From: Anaerolineae bacterium
Lineage (GTDB): Bacteria > Chloroflexota > JAHJIN01
Reading direction: 5' to 3'
Assembly: GCA_034435155.1 (NCBI GenBank)
Contig: DAOTYG010000346.1
Span: 1 to 51,050, forward strand
DNA length: 51,050 nt
The position numbers and the translations under genes are program-made. Below, piece after piece: positions 27,816 to 37,836 of the stretch (positions are counted from its first letter, which is position 1; each line of letters begins with the position of its first letter). The notes beneath the pieces were generated by a model, which made no database searches, had not been told where the DNA came from, and worked only from the letters and a program-made list of their open reading frames with translations.

Positions 27816-28673
27816 TCATACTTTGCTGCTATGTGTAGAAGCACGAAGCACTTCTTCCCAGACGCGCTGTAGCTCCGCCAGGTTCTCAACTACCAGGTCT
27901 GGGACGATGTTGGATGTAGCCAGGTCTTCCCGCCGGGTCACGCCGGTGAGGACCAGGATCGTCAGGAGGCCGACGCGCTGCCCGGCCAGGATGTCCGTCT
28001 CCAGCCGGTCCCCGACCAGGGCCAGTACGGGCGATGAGTTGCCTTGCCCCGGCATCGCCAGCCCCAGTCGCTGCACGGCCAGCTCGATGAGAGGTCGCTC
28101 CGGCTTGCCGATGATGAGCGGTTCCACCCCGGTGTAAGCTGTCAGGGCGGCGAGCACGACCCCGGCCCCAGGCCGGATCTCGTCAGCGGCGGGGAAGGTC
28201 CGGTCTGGATTGGTGCCGATAAAGACGGCCCCGGCCCGGATAGCCTGGCCGGCCCGCTTGATGGTCTCATAGCGCAGGTGCCAGTCCACGCCCACCACGA
28301 CATAGTCGGCCGGGCTGGTATCTACCAGGGTAAAGCCGGCCTCGTAGATGGCCGCGCGCAAACCCTCGTGGCCCACCACCAGGACACGGGCCCCAGCCGG
28401 AGCCAGTTGTTGCAGGTACAGAGCCGTGGCCTGGGCCGAGGTCAGGATCTCGGTGGCGGTCACGGTGAGACCCAGGCGCGCCAGATGGTTTTGGATCTGT
28501 CGGCCTGTGCGCGACGAGTTGTTCGTGACCAGGATGAAAGGGATAGCCTGAGCGCGGAGAAAGTCGAAAAAGCCCGGCACCCCGGGCAGAGCCTGGCTCC
28601 CCCGATAGATCACCCCGTCCATGTCCAGCAGCAAGCCCCGCACAGCGCGCAGGGGCATATAGTCACCGGTCAT
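27816..28673 (-). CDS. HAD-IIA hydrolase (NagD-like)
   Basis: LLDMDGV, VTNNS, TNPD, IGKP, VGDRLETDI, VLTG; ATGA overlap with dnaE stop. Confidence 0.93.
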   Translation of the reverse strand: MTGDYMPLRAVRGLLLDMDGVIYRGSQALPGVPGFFDFLRAQAIPFILVTNNSSRTGRQIQNHLARLGLTVTATEILTSAQATALYLQQLAPAGARVLVVGHEGLRAAIYEAGFTLVDTSPADYVVVGVDWHLRYETIKRAGQAIRAGAVFIGTNPDRTFPAADEIRPGAGVVLAALTAYTGVEPLIIGKPERPLIELAVQRLGLAMPGQGNSSPVLALVGDRLETDILAGQRVGLLTILVLTGVTRREDLATSNIVPDLVVENLAELQRVWEEVLRASTHSSKV

Positions 28674-31600
28674 AGCCGCACCTGCTCCACGGTCACGGCA
28701 GTGCGGCCCACAATGCGGTACAGTTCTCGCTCCAGTTGCGGGCAATAGCCGGTCTGGTCATTGGGGAACTCGATGCAGAGCTGTTCCGACCCGCGGATCA
28801 GGTGGAAGTAGAACTGGTCCTGGCCGGGGTATTTGAGCAAGACCTCTCTGACGCGCCGCAGCCGGCTGATGTCTTCATTGTGATCGTCCGTCCGGTGCAG
28901 GGTGATGTGGATGCACCACCGACCATTGCCCGGCCCAGCCTCAGCCGGGGGCGATTCGGCTGAGGGTGACACCACATAGGACGCCGGGGATTCGGCCAGG
29001 ACTGGCGGGTACGGGGCCGGCACCACCGGCTCCAAGCTCTCCGCTTCGGGTGGCTCGACGTCTGGCACGGGCTGACTGGGGTCATATTCCTGGACGCTGT
29101 GGCAGATGATCTGTACCTTATCCTGGCGCGATTCGACCGTCCCCTGGACCAGCAGGATACGGTCCGGGGTCCACAGTTCGGCCGTGGCCGCGTAGACGCG
29201 CGGAAAGATCACCACCTCCACCGGGCCGTGCAGGTCTTCCAGTTCGGCGAAAGCCATGTCCTCACCCTTGCGGGTGACTATGCGGCGGACATTGCTCACC
29301 AGGCCGGCCACCGTCACCGCCTGGCCCACGTACTCGGCGTCGATCTCGCCACAGAAGGCCGTGATGGTATGGCCCAGCCGGGTGATAACCTCGCTCAGGG
29401 GATGCTCGGAGAAATACGTGCCCAGGAGTTCTTTCTCCCAGGAGAGACGGGCTTTGGCGTTGACCTCGGCCATCTCGGGCAAGGGGATAAAGGTAGTGGC
29501 CTGAGCGGTTGCGCCGAGCAAACCGAACATGGTTAACTGGCCGGCTCGTTCGGCCTGCTGCTGGCTCTGCCCTTGAGCCAGGGCCAGGTCCAGGATCTCC
29601 AGCAGTTGGGCGCGATGGCCCAGGCTATCCATGGCCCCGGCCTTGATCAGACTTTCCAGGACCTTGCGATTGATCTGTCGGGCGTCCACCCGCCGACAAA
29701 AATCCTCCAGGGAGGTGAAAGGGCCGCCCTGCTCCCGCGCCGCCACGATGGCCGCCACGGCCCCGGCCCCGACGTTCTTGATGGCGTTCAGCCCATAGCG
29801 GATGGCGGTGGGACCGGCCACGGTGAACGGCCCGTGGCTGTGGTTCACATCCGGCGGCAGCAAGGTGATCCCCAACCGGGCGCATTCGGCGGCACTGCCA
29901 GCGATCTTGTCATGGTTCTCGCTGACGGTGGTGAGGAGGGCAGTCATGTATTCCACCGGGTAGTTGGCCTTGAGGTAGGCCGTCTGGTAAGCCAGCAAGG
30001 CGTAGCAGGCGGCGTGGGCTTTGTTGAAGCCATACCCGGCGAAGGGGGCTATGAGATCAAAGATCTCGCTCGCTATCCGGGCCTCGACTCCCTGTTTTTG
30101 AGCCCCGGCGATGAATTTGTCGCGTTCCTGGTCCATCACCTCCTTTTTCTTTTTGCCCATGGCCCGGCGCAGTATATCGGCCTGCCCCAGCGTATAGCCG
30201 GCGATAGCCTGGGCGATAAACATCACCTGATCCTGGTAAACGATGACGCCGTAGGTCGGTTCCAGGATGGGCCGAAGCTTGTCGTGCAGGTAGGTGGGCC
30301 TGGTGTGGCCGAACTTGTTGCTGATGTAGACCGGGATCTGGTCCATCGGGCCGGGGCGGTAGAGGGCAATGAGGGCCGCCAGCTCTTCCACGGAACCGGG
30401 GCGCAAGGCCCGGATATTACGGCGCATCCCGGGGCTTTCCAGTTGAAAGACCCCCGTGGTCTCGCCGGTGCTCAACATGGCATAGGTTTTCTGATCATCC
30501 AGGGGAATGTGCTGGATGTCCACCTCTTCGCCCCGGGTCTGGCGAATCAGATCCACGGTCAGCCCCAGGATGGTCAGGTTCGCCAGGCCCAGGAAGTCCA
30601 TCTTGAGCAGACCGATGGTCTCCAGGTCTTCGGCGGCGTATTGGGTGACCATAAGCCCGTTGCTGTCCTCACCCCGGCTCATACGTTGCAACGGCACGTG
30701 GTCGGTCAAGGGGTCCCGGGCGATGACGACGCCGGCGGCGTGGACAGAGGCGTGCCGGGCCACGCCCTCCAGCCCGCGCGCCGTGTCAATGAGGGAGCGC
30801 ACGGTGGGGTCCTCATCATAGGCCTGGCGCAATTCGCGGCTCTCGGCCAGGGCCTGTTCGATGGTGATACCCACCGGCAAGGGGGGGATCAGACGGGCGA
30901 TGTGGTCTACCTGGCCCAGGGGCAGGTCTAGAGCGCGGCCCACGTCCCGGATCGCGGCCCTGGCCCCCAATGTGCCGAAGGTGACGATCTGGGCCACGTG
31001 GTCGGCCCCGTATTTCTGGATGGTGTATTCGATCATCTCGGCGCGCCGGTTATCGGCAAAGTCCATGTCCACGTCGGGCATCTGGTGGCGCTCGATGTTC
31101 AGGAAACGCTCGAAGGGGAGTTGCCAGGCCAGAGGGTCCACCTCGGTGATACCCAGGGAGTAGCAGACGATGCTGCCGGCGGCGGAGCCGCGCACGCCAA
31201 AGGGGATACCTCGCCGGCGAGCCTCGTGGGCAAAGTCCCGCACGATGAGGATATAGCGCACGAACCCGGCCCGGTCAATCACATCCAGTTCATAGCGCAG
31301 TCTCTCCTCAGCCGCCGGGGTCACCGGCCTGTACCTCTCGCGCAACCCTTGTTCGCACAGGGCGGTGAGGTAGCCCAACTCGGTCTGGCCGGCCGGCACT
31401 TCCACCTCTGGCAGGCGTAACCGCCCGCGCGAAGCGTCCAGGCGCAGATCGCATTTCTCGGCAATGACCCGGGTGTGGTGCAGGCTCTCCGGTAATTCGG
31501 CAAAGAGTTCGGCCATCTCGGCGCCGCTTTTCAGGTAAAAACTGTCGCCATACATCCGTATCCGCTTGGGGTCATCTACCACCGTCTGGGTCTGGATGGC

Positions 31601-32260
31601 CAGGAGCACGCTGTGATACTCGGCCTCGGCGCGTCTAACATAGTGCGAATCATTGGTGGCGACCAGGGGAATGTCCAGAGCGCGGCCCAGGGCGATGAGT
31701 TGCCGGTTGAGGTCTTTTAACTCTGGGATGCCGTGTTCCTGCACTTCCAGGTAATAGTCCTCGCCAAAGACCTCACGATACCAGTCGGCGATCCGGCGGG
31801 CGCCCTGTTCGTCGCCGGCCAGGAGCAAGGCCGGCACCTCGCCAGCGGCACAGGCACTCAAGGCGATGAGACCCTGGTGGTATTGGGCCAGCAGGTCGTG
31901 ATCAAGGCGCGGCTTGTAGTAAAAACCTTCCGTATTGGCGATGGTGGCCAGCTTGATGAGGTTGCGGTAGCCGGTCTGGTCCCGGGCCAACAGGATCAGG
32001 TGCGGCGGGTTCTTGTCCTGAGGTGTGCGGTCGGCGATGGTGCGCGCGGCCAGGTAGGCTTCCATGCCGATGATGGGCTTGATGCCGCACTGCCGGGCTG
32101 CCTGATAAAAGCTCAACGCCCCATACATGTTGCCGTGGTCCGTGATCGCCAGGCTGTCCATGCCCAGGGCCTGGGCCTGGGCCAGCAGGTCGGTGATGCG
32201 GGCCATGCCGTCCAGCAACGAATACTCGGTATGGACATGGAGATGGGTAAAGTCGGTCAT
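28670..32260 (-). CDS. dnaE: DNA polymerase III alpha subunit
   Basis: HLHVHTEYSLLDG, AITDHG, RGSAAGS, PDVDMD, LLKMDFLGL, GFNKAHA, OB fold; no intein seen. Confidence 0.98.
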   Translation of the reverse strand: MTDFTHLHVHTEYSLLDGMARITDLLAQAQALGMDSLAITDHGNMYGALSFYQAARQCGIKPIIGMEAYLAARTIADRTPQDKNPPHLILLARDQTGYRNLIKLATIANTEGFYYKPRLDHDLLAQYHQGLIALSACAAGEVPALLLAGDEQGARRIADWYREVFGEDYYLEVQEHGIPELKDLNRQLIALGRALDIPLVATNDSHYVRRAEAEYHSVLLAIQTQTVVDDPKRIRMYGDSFYLKSGAEMAELFAELPESLHHTRVIAEKCDLRLDASRGRLRLPEVEVPAGQTELGYLTALCEQGLRERYRPVTPAAEERLRYELDVIDRAGFVRYILIVRDFAHEARRRGIPFGVRGSAAGSIVCYSLGITEVDPLAWQLPFERFLNIERHQMPDVDMDFADNRRAEMIEYTIQKYGADHVAQIVTFGTLGARAAIRDVGRALDLPLGQVDHIARLIPPLPVGITIEQALAESRELRQAYDEDPTVRSLIDTARGLEGVARHASVHAAGVVIARDPLTDHVPLQRMSRGEDSNGLMVTQYAAEDLETIGLLKMDFLGLANLTILGLTVDLIRQTRGEEVDIQHIPLDDQKTYAMLSTGETTGVFQLESPGMRRNIRALRPGSVEELAALIALYRPGPMDQIPVYISNKFGHTRPTYLHDKLRPILEPTYGVIVYQDQVMFIAQAIAGYTLGQADILRRAMGKKKKEVMDQERDKFIAGAQKQGVEARIASEIFDLIAPFAGYGFNKAHAACYALLAYQTAYLKANYPVEYMTALLTTVSENHDKIAGSAAECARLGITLLPPDVNHSHGPFTVAGPTAIRYGLNAIKNVGAGAVAAIVAAREQGGPFTSLEDFCRRVDARQINRKVLESLIKAGAMDSLGHRAQLLEILDLALAQGQSQQQAERAGQLTMFGLLGATAQATTFIPLPEMAEVNAKARLSWEKELLGTYFSEHPLSEVITRLGHTITAFCGEIDAEYVGQAVTVAGLVSNVRRIVTRKGEDMAFAELEDLHGPVEVVIFPRVYAATAELWTPDRILLVQGTVESRQDKVQIICHSVQEYDPSQPVPDVEPPEAESLEPVVPAPYPPVLAESPASYVVSPSAESPPAEAGPGNGRWCIHITLHRTDDHNEDISRLRRVREVLLKYPGQDQFYFHLIRGSEQLCIEFPNDQTGYCPQLERELYRIVGRTAVTVEQVRL

Positions 32261-32404
32261 GGAAGGTTTCACCTGGACTAAACCACGTAGGGGGTAGTGG
32301 GACGGGGGGAATTATACCATAGCCGGGGCTGGTTGTGAAACCCCCTCGAAGGGCGTTATGTGCCTGGGACATAGGGCGCAGGCGTGCCGGAACGATTATG
32401 GGCA

Positions 32405-32461
32405 CTGGAGTGGACTTCAGGCGGGTCTTGCGGGAAGACCAGCTAAAGCTTCGACTCCAGG
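32405..32461. repeat. REP-like imperfect palindrome
   Basis: CTGGAGTGGACTTCAG...CTAAAGCTTCGACTCCAG. Confidence 0.55.
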
Positions 32462-32564
32462 CGTGAGATCTGTCCCCGCCATGGAACGCTCACTCTCGAA
32501 ATGAGGGGCCGCCTTGCGCATTCTGGCGTTTTGGAGTACAATTCGCTGTGGGAGCAACAGGACC

Positions 32565-33272
32565 ATGGAATTGCGTCGCTATTGGAATATCGTGCTCCGC
32601 CGCTGGTGGATCGTCCTTGTACTGGTATTGGCCGCCCTGGCGACCACGCTGGTGCTTAGCCCGGCCCCGGCCCCCGTGTACGTGGCCTCGGTGCGCCTGA
32701 CGGTGGGTATCCGGCCAGAGGAGGGCACCGGCCGGTTCTATACTTACGACCGCTACTATGCCTGGATGGCGGCCGAGTATCTGGCCGATGACCTGTCGGA
32801 GGTGGTGCGCAGCCATGGTTTTGCCCAGGCGGTAGCCCGGCGCGCGAATCTGCCAGTCCCGGCCGGGGCCATCGCCGGGGCTACCATGGCCGGCAAGACC
32901 CACCGCATCCTCACCATCACCGTGGTCTGGGGCGATGAGGCCGGCGCCCGGGCCATCGCCGACGGCGCCGTGGCCGAATTGCGGGAAAACAGTGCCGCCT
33001 ACCTGGCGCAACTGGGGGCGGAGAACGCCCAGGTCCACGTCATTGACGAGACTACCGTGGCCCCGGTGACCGGCGGGCTGCGGGAGAAGCTGGACCTCCC
33101 CATCCGCCTGGGGTTGGCCCTGGCGGCCGGCATCGCTCTGGCCTTCTTGCTGGACTACCTGGACGACTCGGTGCGCGACGCCGCTGAGCTGGAGACCCTG
33201 GGTTTCACGGTCCTGGGTCAGATCCCCCGCCGGCGGTGGGACTGGCTGCCCGGTCGCCGGGCGCGGGATTGA
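32565..33272 (+). CDS. Wzz/YveK-like polysaccharide chain-length modulator 1
   Basis: MELR.YW..V.RRWW + TM; C-terminal TM, LLDYLDD.VR...E.E..G..VLG.IP. Confidence 0.85.
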   Translation: MELRRYWNIVLRRWWIVLVLVLAALATTLVLSPAPAPVYVASVRLTVGIRPEEGTGRFYTYDRYYAWMAAEYLADDLSEVVRSHGFAQAVARRANLPVPAGAIAGATMAGKTHRILTITVVWGDEAGARAIADGAVAELRENSAAYLAQLGAENAQVHVIDETTVAPVTGGLREKLDLPIRLGLALAAGIALAFLLDYLDDSVRDAAELETLGFTVLGQIPRRRWDWLPGRRARD

Positions 33273-33445
33273 AGGCTCGTGGAGGCATCGGCATACCTGC
33301 CAGCCTCCCGCGGGTTTGCAGACCCTTCACTTCGTTCAGGGCAGGCTCTGCGGCATGGTAACAGTTACGCTTCGTGTGGAACATGGCGAGCGGCGCCGGG
33401 GCGGTTCATGGGGACTGACCTGAAAGCTTACAAGCGGAGGTTTCC

Positions 33446-34273
33446 GTGCAGATACGCGATTATGTGCTGGTATTCCTCAAGCGGGGTTGGATCATCATCC
33501 TGGTGGCGGCGATGGCTGCGGTCGGGGCGTTCGTCTTTACCCGGTTCCAGCCCACCATCTACCGCTCCAGCATCAAGCTCCTGGTGGTCCCGGCCCGCAG
33601 TGACTATGGCCTGACCCTGGCGGCCGGCAATCTGCTCCGCCAGTACAGCGTCCAGGTGACGGCGCAGAGCCTGGTGAGCCGCGTGATTGACCAATTGCGG
33701 CTGGATACCTCGGTGGAGACCCTCAAGGGCAACATCGTCGTCAGCTCTATCCCGGAGGACTATATCATCCAGATTGATGTGTATGACCGGGACATGGACC
33801 AGGCCCCCAAGATCGCCAATACCCTGGCGGCCGTCTTTGTGGAGGCTCACGCCCTGCGTCAAAAAGAGATTGACCGGCGCGATCGGGTGGAGATCTCCAT
33901 CTACGAGCCGGCCAGCCCGCCGGCCAAAGACAGCCCCAAGACCATCCCCACCGTGCTGGCCGGCGGCATCTTGGGGCTGGTGCTGGGCGCGGTCATCGCC
34001 TTTGGGCTGGAATACCTGGATGACAGCCTCAAGACCACCCAGGATGTGGAACGCTATGCGCCAGGGCTGACCGTGCTGGCTACCGTGCCGCCCATCACGC
34101 CGGTGACCCTGGCTGACCGGGAGAAAGGCGCGGCCGAGGTTAAAGCCGGGGTCGCCACCATGCGCCAGGGGGTCAGCAGGCGGGTAGGTTCTGGCGTGGA
34201 CCAGGCCCGACGTGGTGCCCGGCAGACCCGTCGTCGCCTCTTCGGCGAGAGCCATGATCGTGAAAATGATTGA
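33446..34273 (+). CDS. Wzz/YveK-like polysaccharide chain-length modulator 2
   Basis: MQIRDY...F.KRGW + TM; P...SP, GLVLG, EYLDDSLKT.QDVE; GTG start. Confidence 0.85.
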   Translation: MQIRDYVLVFLKRGWIIILVAAMAAVGAFVFTRFQPTIYRSSIKLLVVPARSDYGLTLAAGNLLRQYSVQVTAQSLVSRVIDQLRLDTSVETLKGNIVVSSIPEDYIIQIDVYDRDMDQAPKIANTLAAVFVEAHALRQKEIDRRDRVEISIYEPASPPAKDSPKTIPTVLAGGILGLVLGAVIAFGLEYLDDSLKTTQDVERYAPGLTVLATVPPITPVTLADREKGAAEVKAGVATMRQGVSRRVGSGVDQARRGARQTRRRLFGESHDREND

Positions 34274-34415
34274 TTAACTGCCTGCCCTCCCGCAGGTTGG
34301 GGCGCAATGGGTCAGAGCCTGCCCTGAGCGAAGCCGGCGGGTCAGACGCCGGTGGGCGCGCCCCAATGAACGGCTGCCTCGGCGGCCAGCCGTTTTCTGA
34401 CCTGCGGTAGGGTAC
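34274..34415. mobile_element. MITE family A copy (subtype 2) with nested CAGAGCCTGCCCTGAGCGAAG unit
   Basis: TAACTGCCTGCCCTCCCGCAGGTT...GACCTGCGGTAGGG; nested unit also at about 33322-33350 inverted. Confidence 0.65.
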
Positions 34416-34423
34416 AGGGCTAA

Positions 34424-35140
34424 ATGTATCCCGAGGAGGAACCTTTGACTGAAATAACTGACAAGGAACCACGCGCCCTGGATACCCGGCTCGTCACGTT
34501 TACCCATCCCCGGTCACCGGTGGCCGAGGCCTATCGCGCCCTGCGCACGAGCATCCAGTTCTCCAGCCTGGATAAACCGCTGGAGACCTTGCTGGTCACC
34601 AGCACTGGGGCCAAAGAGGGCAAGAGCACCACGGCGGCCAACCTGGCCATCACTTTCGCCCAGGCCGGCAGCCAGGTGATCCTGGTGGATGCCGACTTGC
34701 GCCGGCCGAGCCAGCACCGGCTCTTTGGCCTGCCCAACGAAAAGGGGTTGACCACCATGCTGCTGGAGGAGCAGGGGGAGTCGCCGCTGCAATATACGGC
34801 CATCCCCGGCTTGCGCTTGCTCCCCAGTGGTCCCCTGCCCCCTAATCCAGCCGATGTGTTGGGCTTTCGTCGTATGGACGAGGCCATTGCCCGCTTGAAA
34901 AAAGAGGCCGACCTGCTCATCTTTGACACGCCGCCCATCATCGCGGTGACGGATGCTGCCGTGCTGTCGGTCAAAGTAGATGGCGTGCTCCTGGTGTTCA
35001 GTGCTGGCCAGACCAGGCGTGATCATGCCCGGCGCGCCCAGGCCCTGCTGGAAAAAGTTAACGCCCGCATCCTCGGTGTGGTGCTGAACAACGCCCAGTT
35101 GGACCGCGCTGCCTATAGCTACTACGCCCAGGCCGACTGA
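34424..35140 (+). CDS. CpsD/CapB-family bacterial tyrosine kinase
   Basis: AEAYR.LRT, S...KEGKST (Walker A), LVDADLRRP, FDTPP, Tyr-rich tail YSYY. Confidence 0.93.
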   Translation: MYPEEEPLTEITDKEPRALDTRLVTFTHPRSPVAEAYRALRTSIQFSSLDKPLETLLVTSTGAKEGKSTTAANLAITFAQAGSQVILVDADLRRPSQHRLFGLPNEKGLTTMLLEEQGESPLQYTAIPGLRLLPSGPLPPNPADVLGFRRMDEAIARLKKEADLLIFDTPPIIAVTDAAVLSVKVDGVLLVFSAGQTRRDHARRAQALLEKVNARILGVVLNNAQLDRAAYSYYAQAD

Positions 35141-35164
35141 TGTTTTCCCCCTTGGGATAGACCA

Positions 35165-35198
35165 ACGGGGAACCCGGGCGGGTTCCCCGTTATCTTTC
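35165..35198 (+). terminator. Intrinsic terminator
   Basis: ACGGGGAACCC-GGGC-GGGTTCCCCGT followed by TATCTTTC. Confidence 0.65.
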
Positions 35199-35213
35199 AC
35201 CGGAGGAAGGCAG

Positions 35214-35468
35214 ATGGCTTTGCCCAGATTCTTGCGTAACGGGATCGTCCGCATCGCCAGACAAGACCTCCTGAGCTTTCTGGATGAATACCAGGAGCAG
35301 TTGATCCGCTATTTTCGGGAAGAACTTCAGGCCCTGGATGATCGCCTGGATGAGGAAAAGGTATTCATAGACATCCACATGCAGCCGCTGGGTGAGGAAT
35401 TGCTGCGCGCGGTCTTGCGAGCCGTCCGACGCTTTATCGCGGATTTTGGGGAGGAAGATGAGGACTGA
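35214..35468 (+). CDS. Small acidic hypothetical protein
   Basis: SD ggagg, helical composition, overlaps start of next gene. Confidence 0.7.
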   Translation: MALPRFLRNGIVRIARQDLLSFLDEYQEQLIRYFREELQALDDRLDEEKVFIDIHMQPLGEELLRAVLRAVRRFIADFGEEDED

Positions 35469-36183
35469 GTGGCTGGCTTGCCCACCCGCAGGGTGGCGCG
35501 ATCCGGCGCGCATCCGGGCCATCTTCGCCCGCATTGTTCGCCGCTATGACCGGATCAACCGGGTGCTGAGCCTGGGGCTGGATCGAGGCTGGCGGGAAGT
35601 GGCGGCAGAGGCCGTGGCCCAGGCCCCACCCGGCCCGGTGCTGGATGTGGGCGTGGGCACTGGGGAGCTATCGTTGGCGGTGGCCCGGCGCGGCCGACCA
35701 GTCGTCCTGGGCGTTGACTTTTGCCGGCCCATGCTGCAAGCCGCGCAGCCCAAGATCGCCGGCCAGAGTCCGCTCATCGCCCTGGTAGAGGGCGACGCCC
35801 TGGCCCTGCCCTTTGCCGACGGCGCGTTCGCGGCGGCGATGGCCGGGTTCTCCCTGCGCAACGTGGCCGATCTGGATCGCGCCCTGCAAGAGGCCCGCCG
35901 CGTGACGATGCCCGGCGGCCGCCTGGTTTCATTGGAGATGTGCGCGCCACAACGCTGGCAGCGGATACACCAGCTCTACCAAACCCTGGCGATACCGATC
36001 CTGGGCGCGCTCTTCGGGGGCGCTGTGGCCGCGTATCTCTACCTGCCGGTCTCCATCCGTACATTCCCCACGGCCGAGGGTCTACGCCAACGCATGGAGA
36101 GCGCCGGCTGGCAACGGGTTCGCTACCGTTTCCTGGCATGGGGTGCTGTGGCGATTCACATAGGCGAGCGGCCCTCATCATAA
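35458..36183 (+). CDS. menG: UbiE/MenG-family quinone C-methyltransferase
   Basis: F..I..RYDRINRVLSLGLD..WR, LDVGVGTG, GDALALPF.D..F, LRNV. Confidence 0.88.
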   Translation: MRTEWLACPPAGWRDPARIRAIFARIVRRYDRINRVLSLGLDRGWREVAAEAVAQAPPGPVLDVGVGTGELSLAVARRGRPVVLGVDFCRPMLQAAQPKIAGQSPLIALVEGDALALPFADGAFAAAMAGFSLRNVADLDRALQEARRVTMPGGRLVSLEMCAPQRWQRIHQLYQTLAIPILGALFGGAVAAYLYLPVSIRTFPTAEGLRQRMESAGWQRVRYRFLAWGAVAIHIGERPSS

Positions 36184-36216
36184 AACCCCTGGGGTCTCTG
36201 AGACCCCAGGGGTCTT
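36184..36216. terminator. Bidirectional hairpin between menG and tRNA-Arg
   Basis: AAACCCCTGGGGTCTC-T-GAGACCCCAGGGGTCTTT. Confidence 0.65.
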
Positions 36217-36237
36217 TCAAACGTGGATCATCTCCTC

Positions 36238-36314
36238 TGGCGCGCCCGGAGGGATTCGAACCCCCGACTCCCGGTTCCGAAGACCGGAGCTCTAGTCCGC
36301 TGAGCTACGGGCGC
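36238..36314 (-). tRNA. tRNA-Arg (anticodon TCG)
   Basis: Minus strand GCGCCCGTAGCTCAGCGGACTAGAGC-TCCGGT-CTTCGGA-ACCGG...GGTTCGAATCC...CGCGCCA; 77 nt. Confidence 0.93.
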
Positions 36315-36330
36315 TGGCCGGCACAGGTGC

Positions 36331-36359
36331 ATTATAGCCTACGCCGGAAATCCCGTCAA
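36331..36359 (-). promoter_or_regulatory. sigma70 promoter of tRNA-Arg
   Basis: TTGACG-17 nt-TATAAT. Confidence 0.85.
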
Positions 36360-36369
36360 GCCCTGGCAG

Positions 36370-36547
36370 CTGACATCCGGGCATAACTTCTGTTAGAGAG
36401 GGAACAAGGGGGGAAAAAGCCTTTCTGGGGTTTTTGCGGCGGCGAAGCCGCCGCAAAAACCCCCTACGAAGCATTCTTTCCCCTCCCCGAAGGGAGGCGA
36501 AGCGGGGAGCGAGGCGGTGCCACCATGATTTCACGCACGGATGTCAA
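36370..36547. mobile_element. MITE family B copy 2 (inverted) with 16-bp direct repeat
   Basis: CTGACATCCGGGCATAA...CGCACGGATGTCAA; CGTCAAGCCCTGGCAG at 36354-36369 and 36548-36563. Confidence 0.88.
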
Positions 36548-36702
36548 CGTCAAGCCCTGGCAGATCTCGAACAGCAGTGGTATAATAGCGACGGTTGAGC
36601 CACGTTCGCGGCGGGCGTGCCCGGCCCAGGCCGGACCGGGTCACCCGCCGCCGGTCGCCGGGTCGCAGATCCCTGGTGAACACAATAGAGGAGGGAGTTA
36701 CC

Positions 36703-37776
36703 ATGTACGATTACCGGAGAATCCAGGAGTTGCTGGGGGACCAGGCTGAGAGCCTGTTGACCCACCAATGTCAGACCATCGCCAAATCGCAATTGCATCT
36801 GCCAGGGCCGGACTTTGTGGACCGGGTCTGGGCGCTATCGGACCGGCCGCCGGCCGTGTTGCGCAACCTGCAAGCCCTATTCGATCACGGCCGGCTGGCC
36901 GGCACCGGCTACCTGTCTATCCTGCCGGTGGACCAGGGGATCGAGCACTCGGCCGGGGCCTCATTCGCCCCCAACCCCATCTATTTCGACCCGGAGAACA
37001 TCGTGAAGCTGGCCATCGAGGGTGGATGTAACGCCGTGGCCTCCACGCTGGGCGTATTGAGCGCGGTCTCCCGCAAATACGCGCACAAGATCCCCTTCAT
37101 CCTCAAGTTCAACCACAACGAGCTGCTCACCTATCCCAACAAGTACGATCAGGTATTCTTTGCCTCCGTCGAACAGGCATTTAACCTGGGGGCCGTGGCC
37201 GTGGGAGCCACCATCTACTTCGGCTCGCCGGAATCCACGCGGCAGATCGTAGAGGTCAGCCAGGCCTTCGAGCGCGCGCACGAATTGGGGATGGTGACGG
37301 TCCTGTGGTGTTACCTGCGCAACCCGGCCTTCAAGGTCGGCGGGGTGGACTATCACGCCAGTGCCGATCTCACCGGCCAGGCTAACCACCTGGGGGCCAC
37401 CATCGCTGCCGACATCATCAAGCAAAAACTGCCGGAGAACAATGGCGGCTACAAAGCCGTGCGCCTGGGGGACTCGAGCTATGGCAAGACTGACGAGCGT
37501 ATCTACACCAGGCTCACTACCGATCACCCCATTGACCTGGTGCGCTATCAGGTGGCGAACAACTACATGGGCCGGGTCGGACTGATCAACTCCGGCGGGG
37601 CATCCGGCCAGAACGACCTGGCCGAGGCGGTTTATACCGCTGTCGTCAACAAGCGCGGCGGGGGCATGGGCCTTATCAGTGGCCGCAAGGCTTTCCAGAA
37701 ACCCCTGCCCGAGGGCGTGGAGCTACTGCACGCCATCCAGGACGTCTATCTCTGCCCAGAGGTGACAGTGGCGTGA
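36703..37776 (+). CDS. fbaB: Class I fructose-bisphosphate aldolase (DhnA type)
   Basis: [53 protein letters not shown]; extended -10 TGGTATAAT at 36578-36586. Confidence 0.95.
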   Translation: MYDYRRIQELLGDQAESLLTHQCQTIAKSQLHLPGPDFVDRVWALSDRPPAVLRNLQALFDHGRLAGTGYLSILPVDQGIEHSAGASFAPNPIYFDPENIVKLAIEGGCNAVASTLGVLSAVSRKYAHKIPFILKFNHNELLTYPNKYDQVFFASVEQAFNLGAVAVGATIYFGSPESTRQIVEVSQAFERAHELGMVTVLWCYLRNPAFKVGGVDYHASADLTGQANHLGATIAADIIKQKLPENNGGYKAVRLGDSSYGKTDERIYTRLTTDHPIDLVRYQVANNYMGRVGLINSGGASGQNDLAEAVYTAVVNKRGGGMGLISGRKAFQKPLPEGVELLHAIQDVYLCPEVTVA

Positions 37777-37836
37777 TTCACAGACCGTGCCAGACCCTTT
37801 GCCAGGGCCTGGCACGTTTCTCAGAGGGGTCTGACA

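Noticed and set aside
234-31420. Long antisense ORFs opposite housekeeping genes (e.g. 234-1460, 18437-19765, 22622-23614, 29573-30931)
   Set aside because: Typical shadow ORFs of high-GC coding strands with no recognisable motifs
28670-32260. Possible intein in DnaE
   Set aside because: Length and motifs are continuous; no C/S...HN splice junction or LAGLIDADG block
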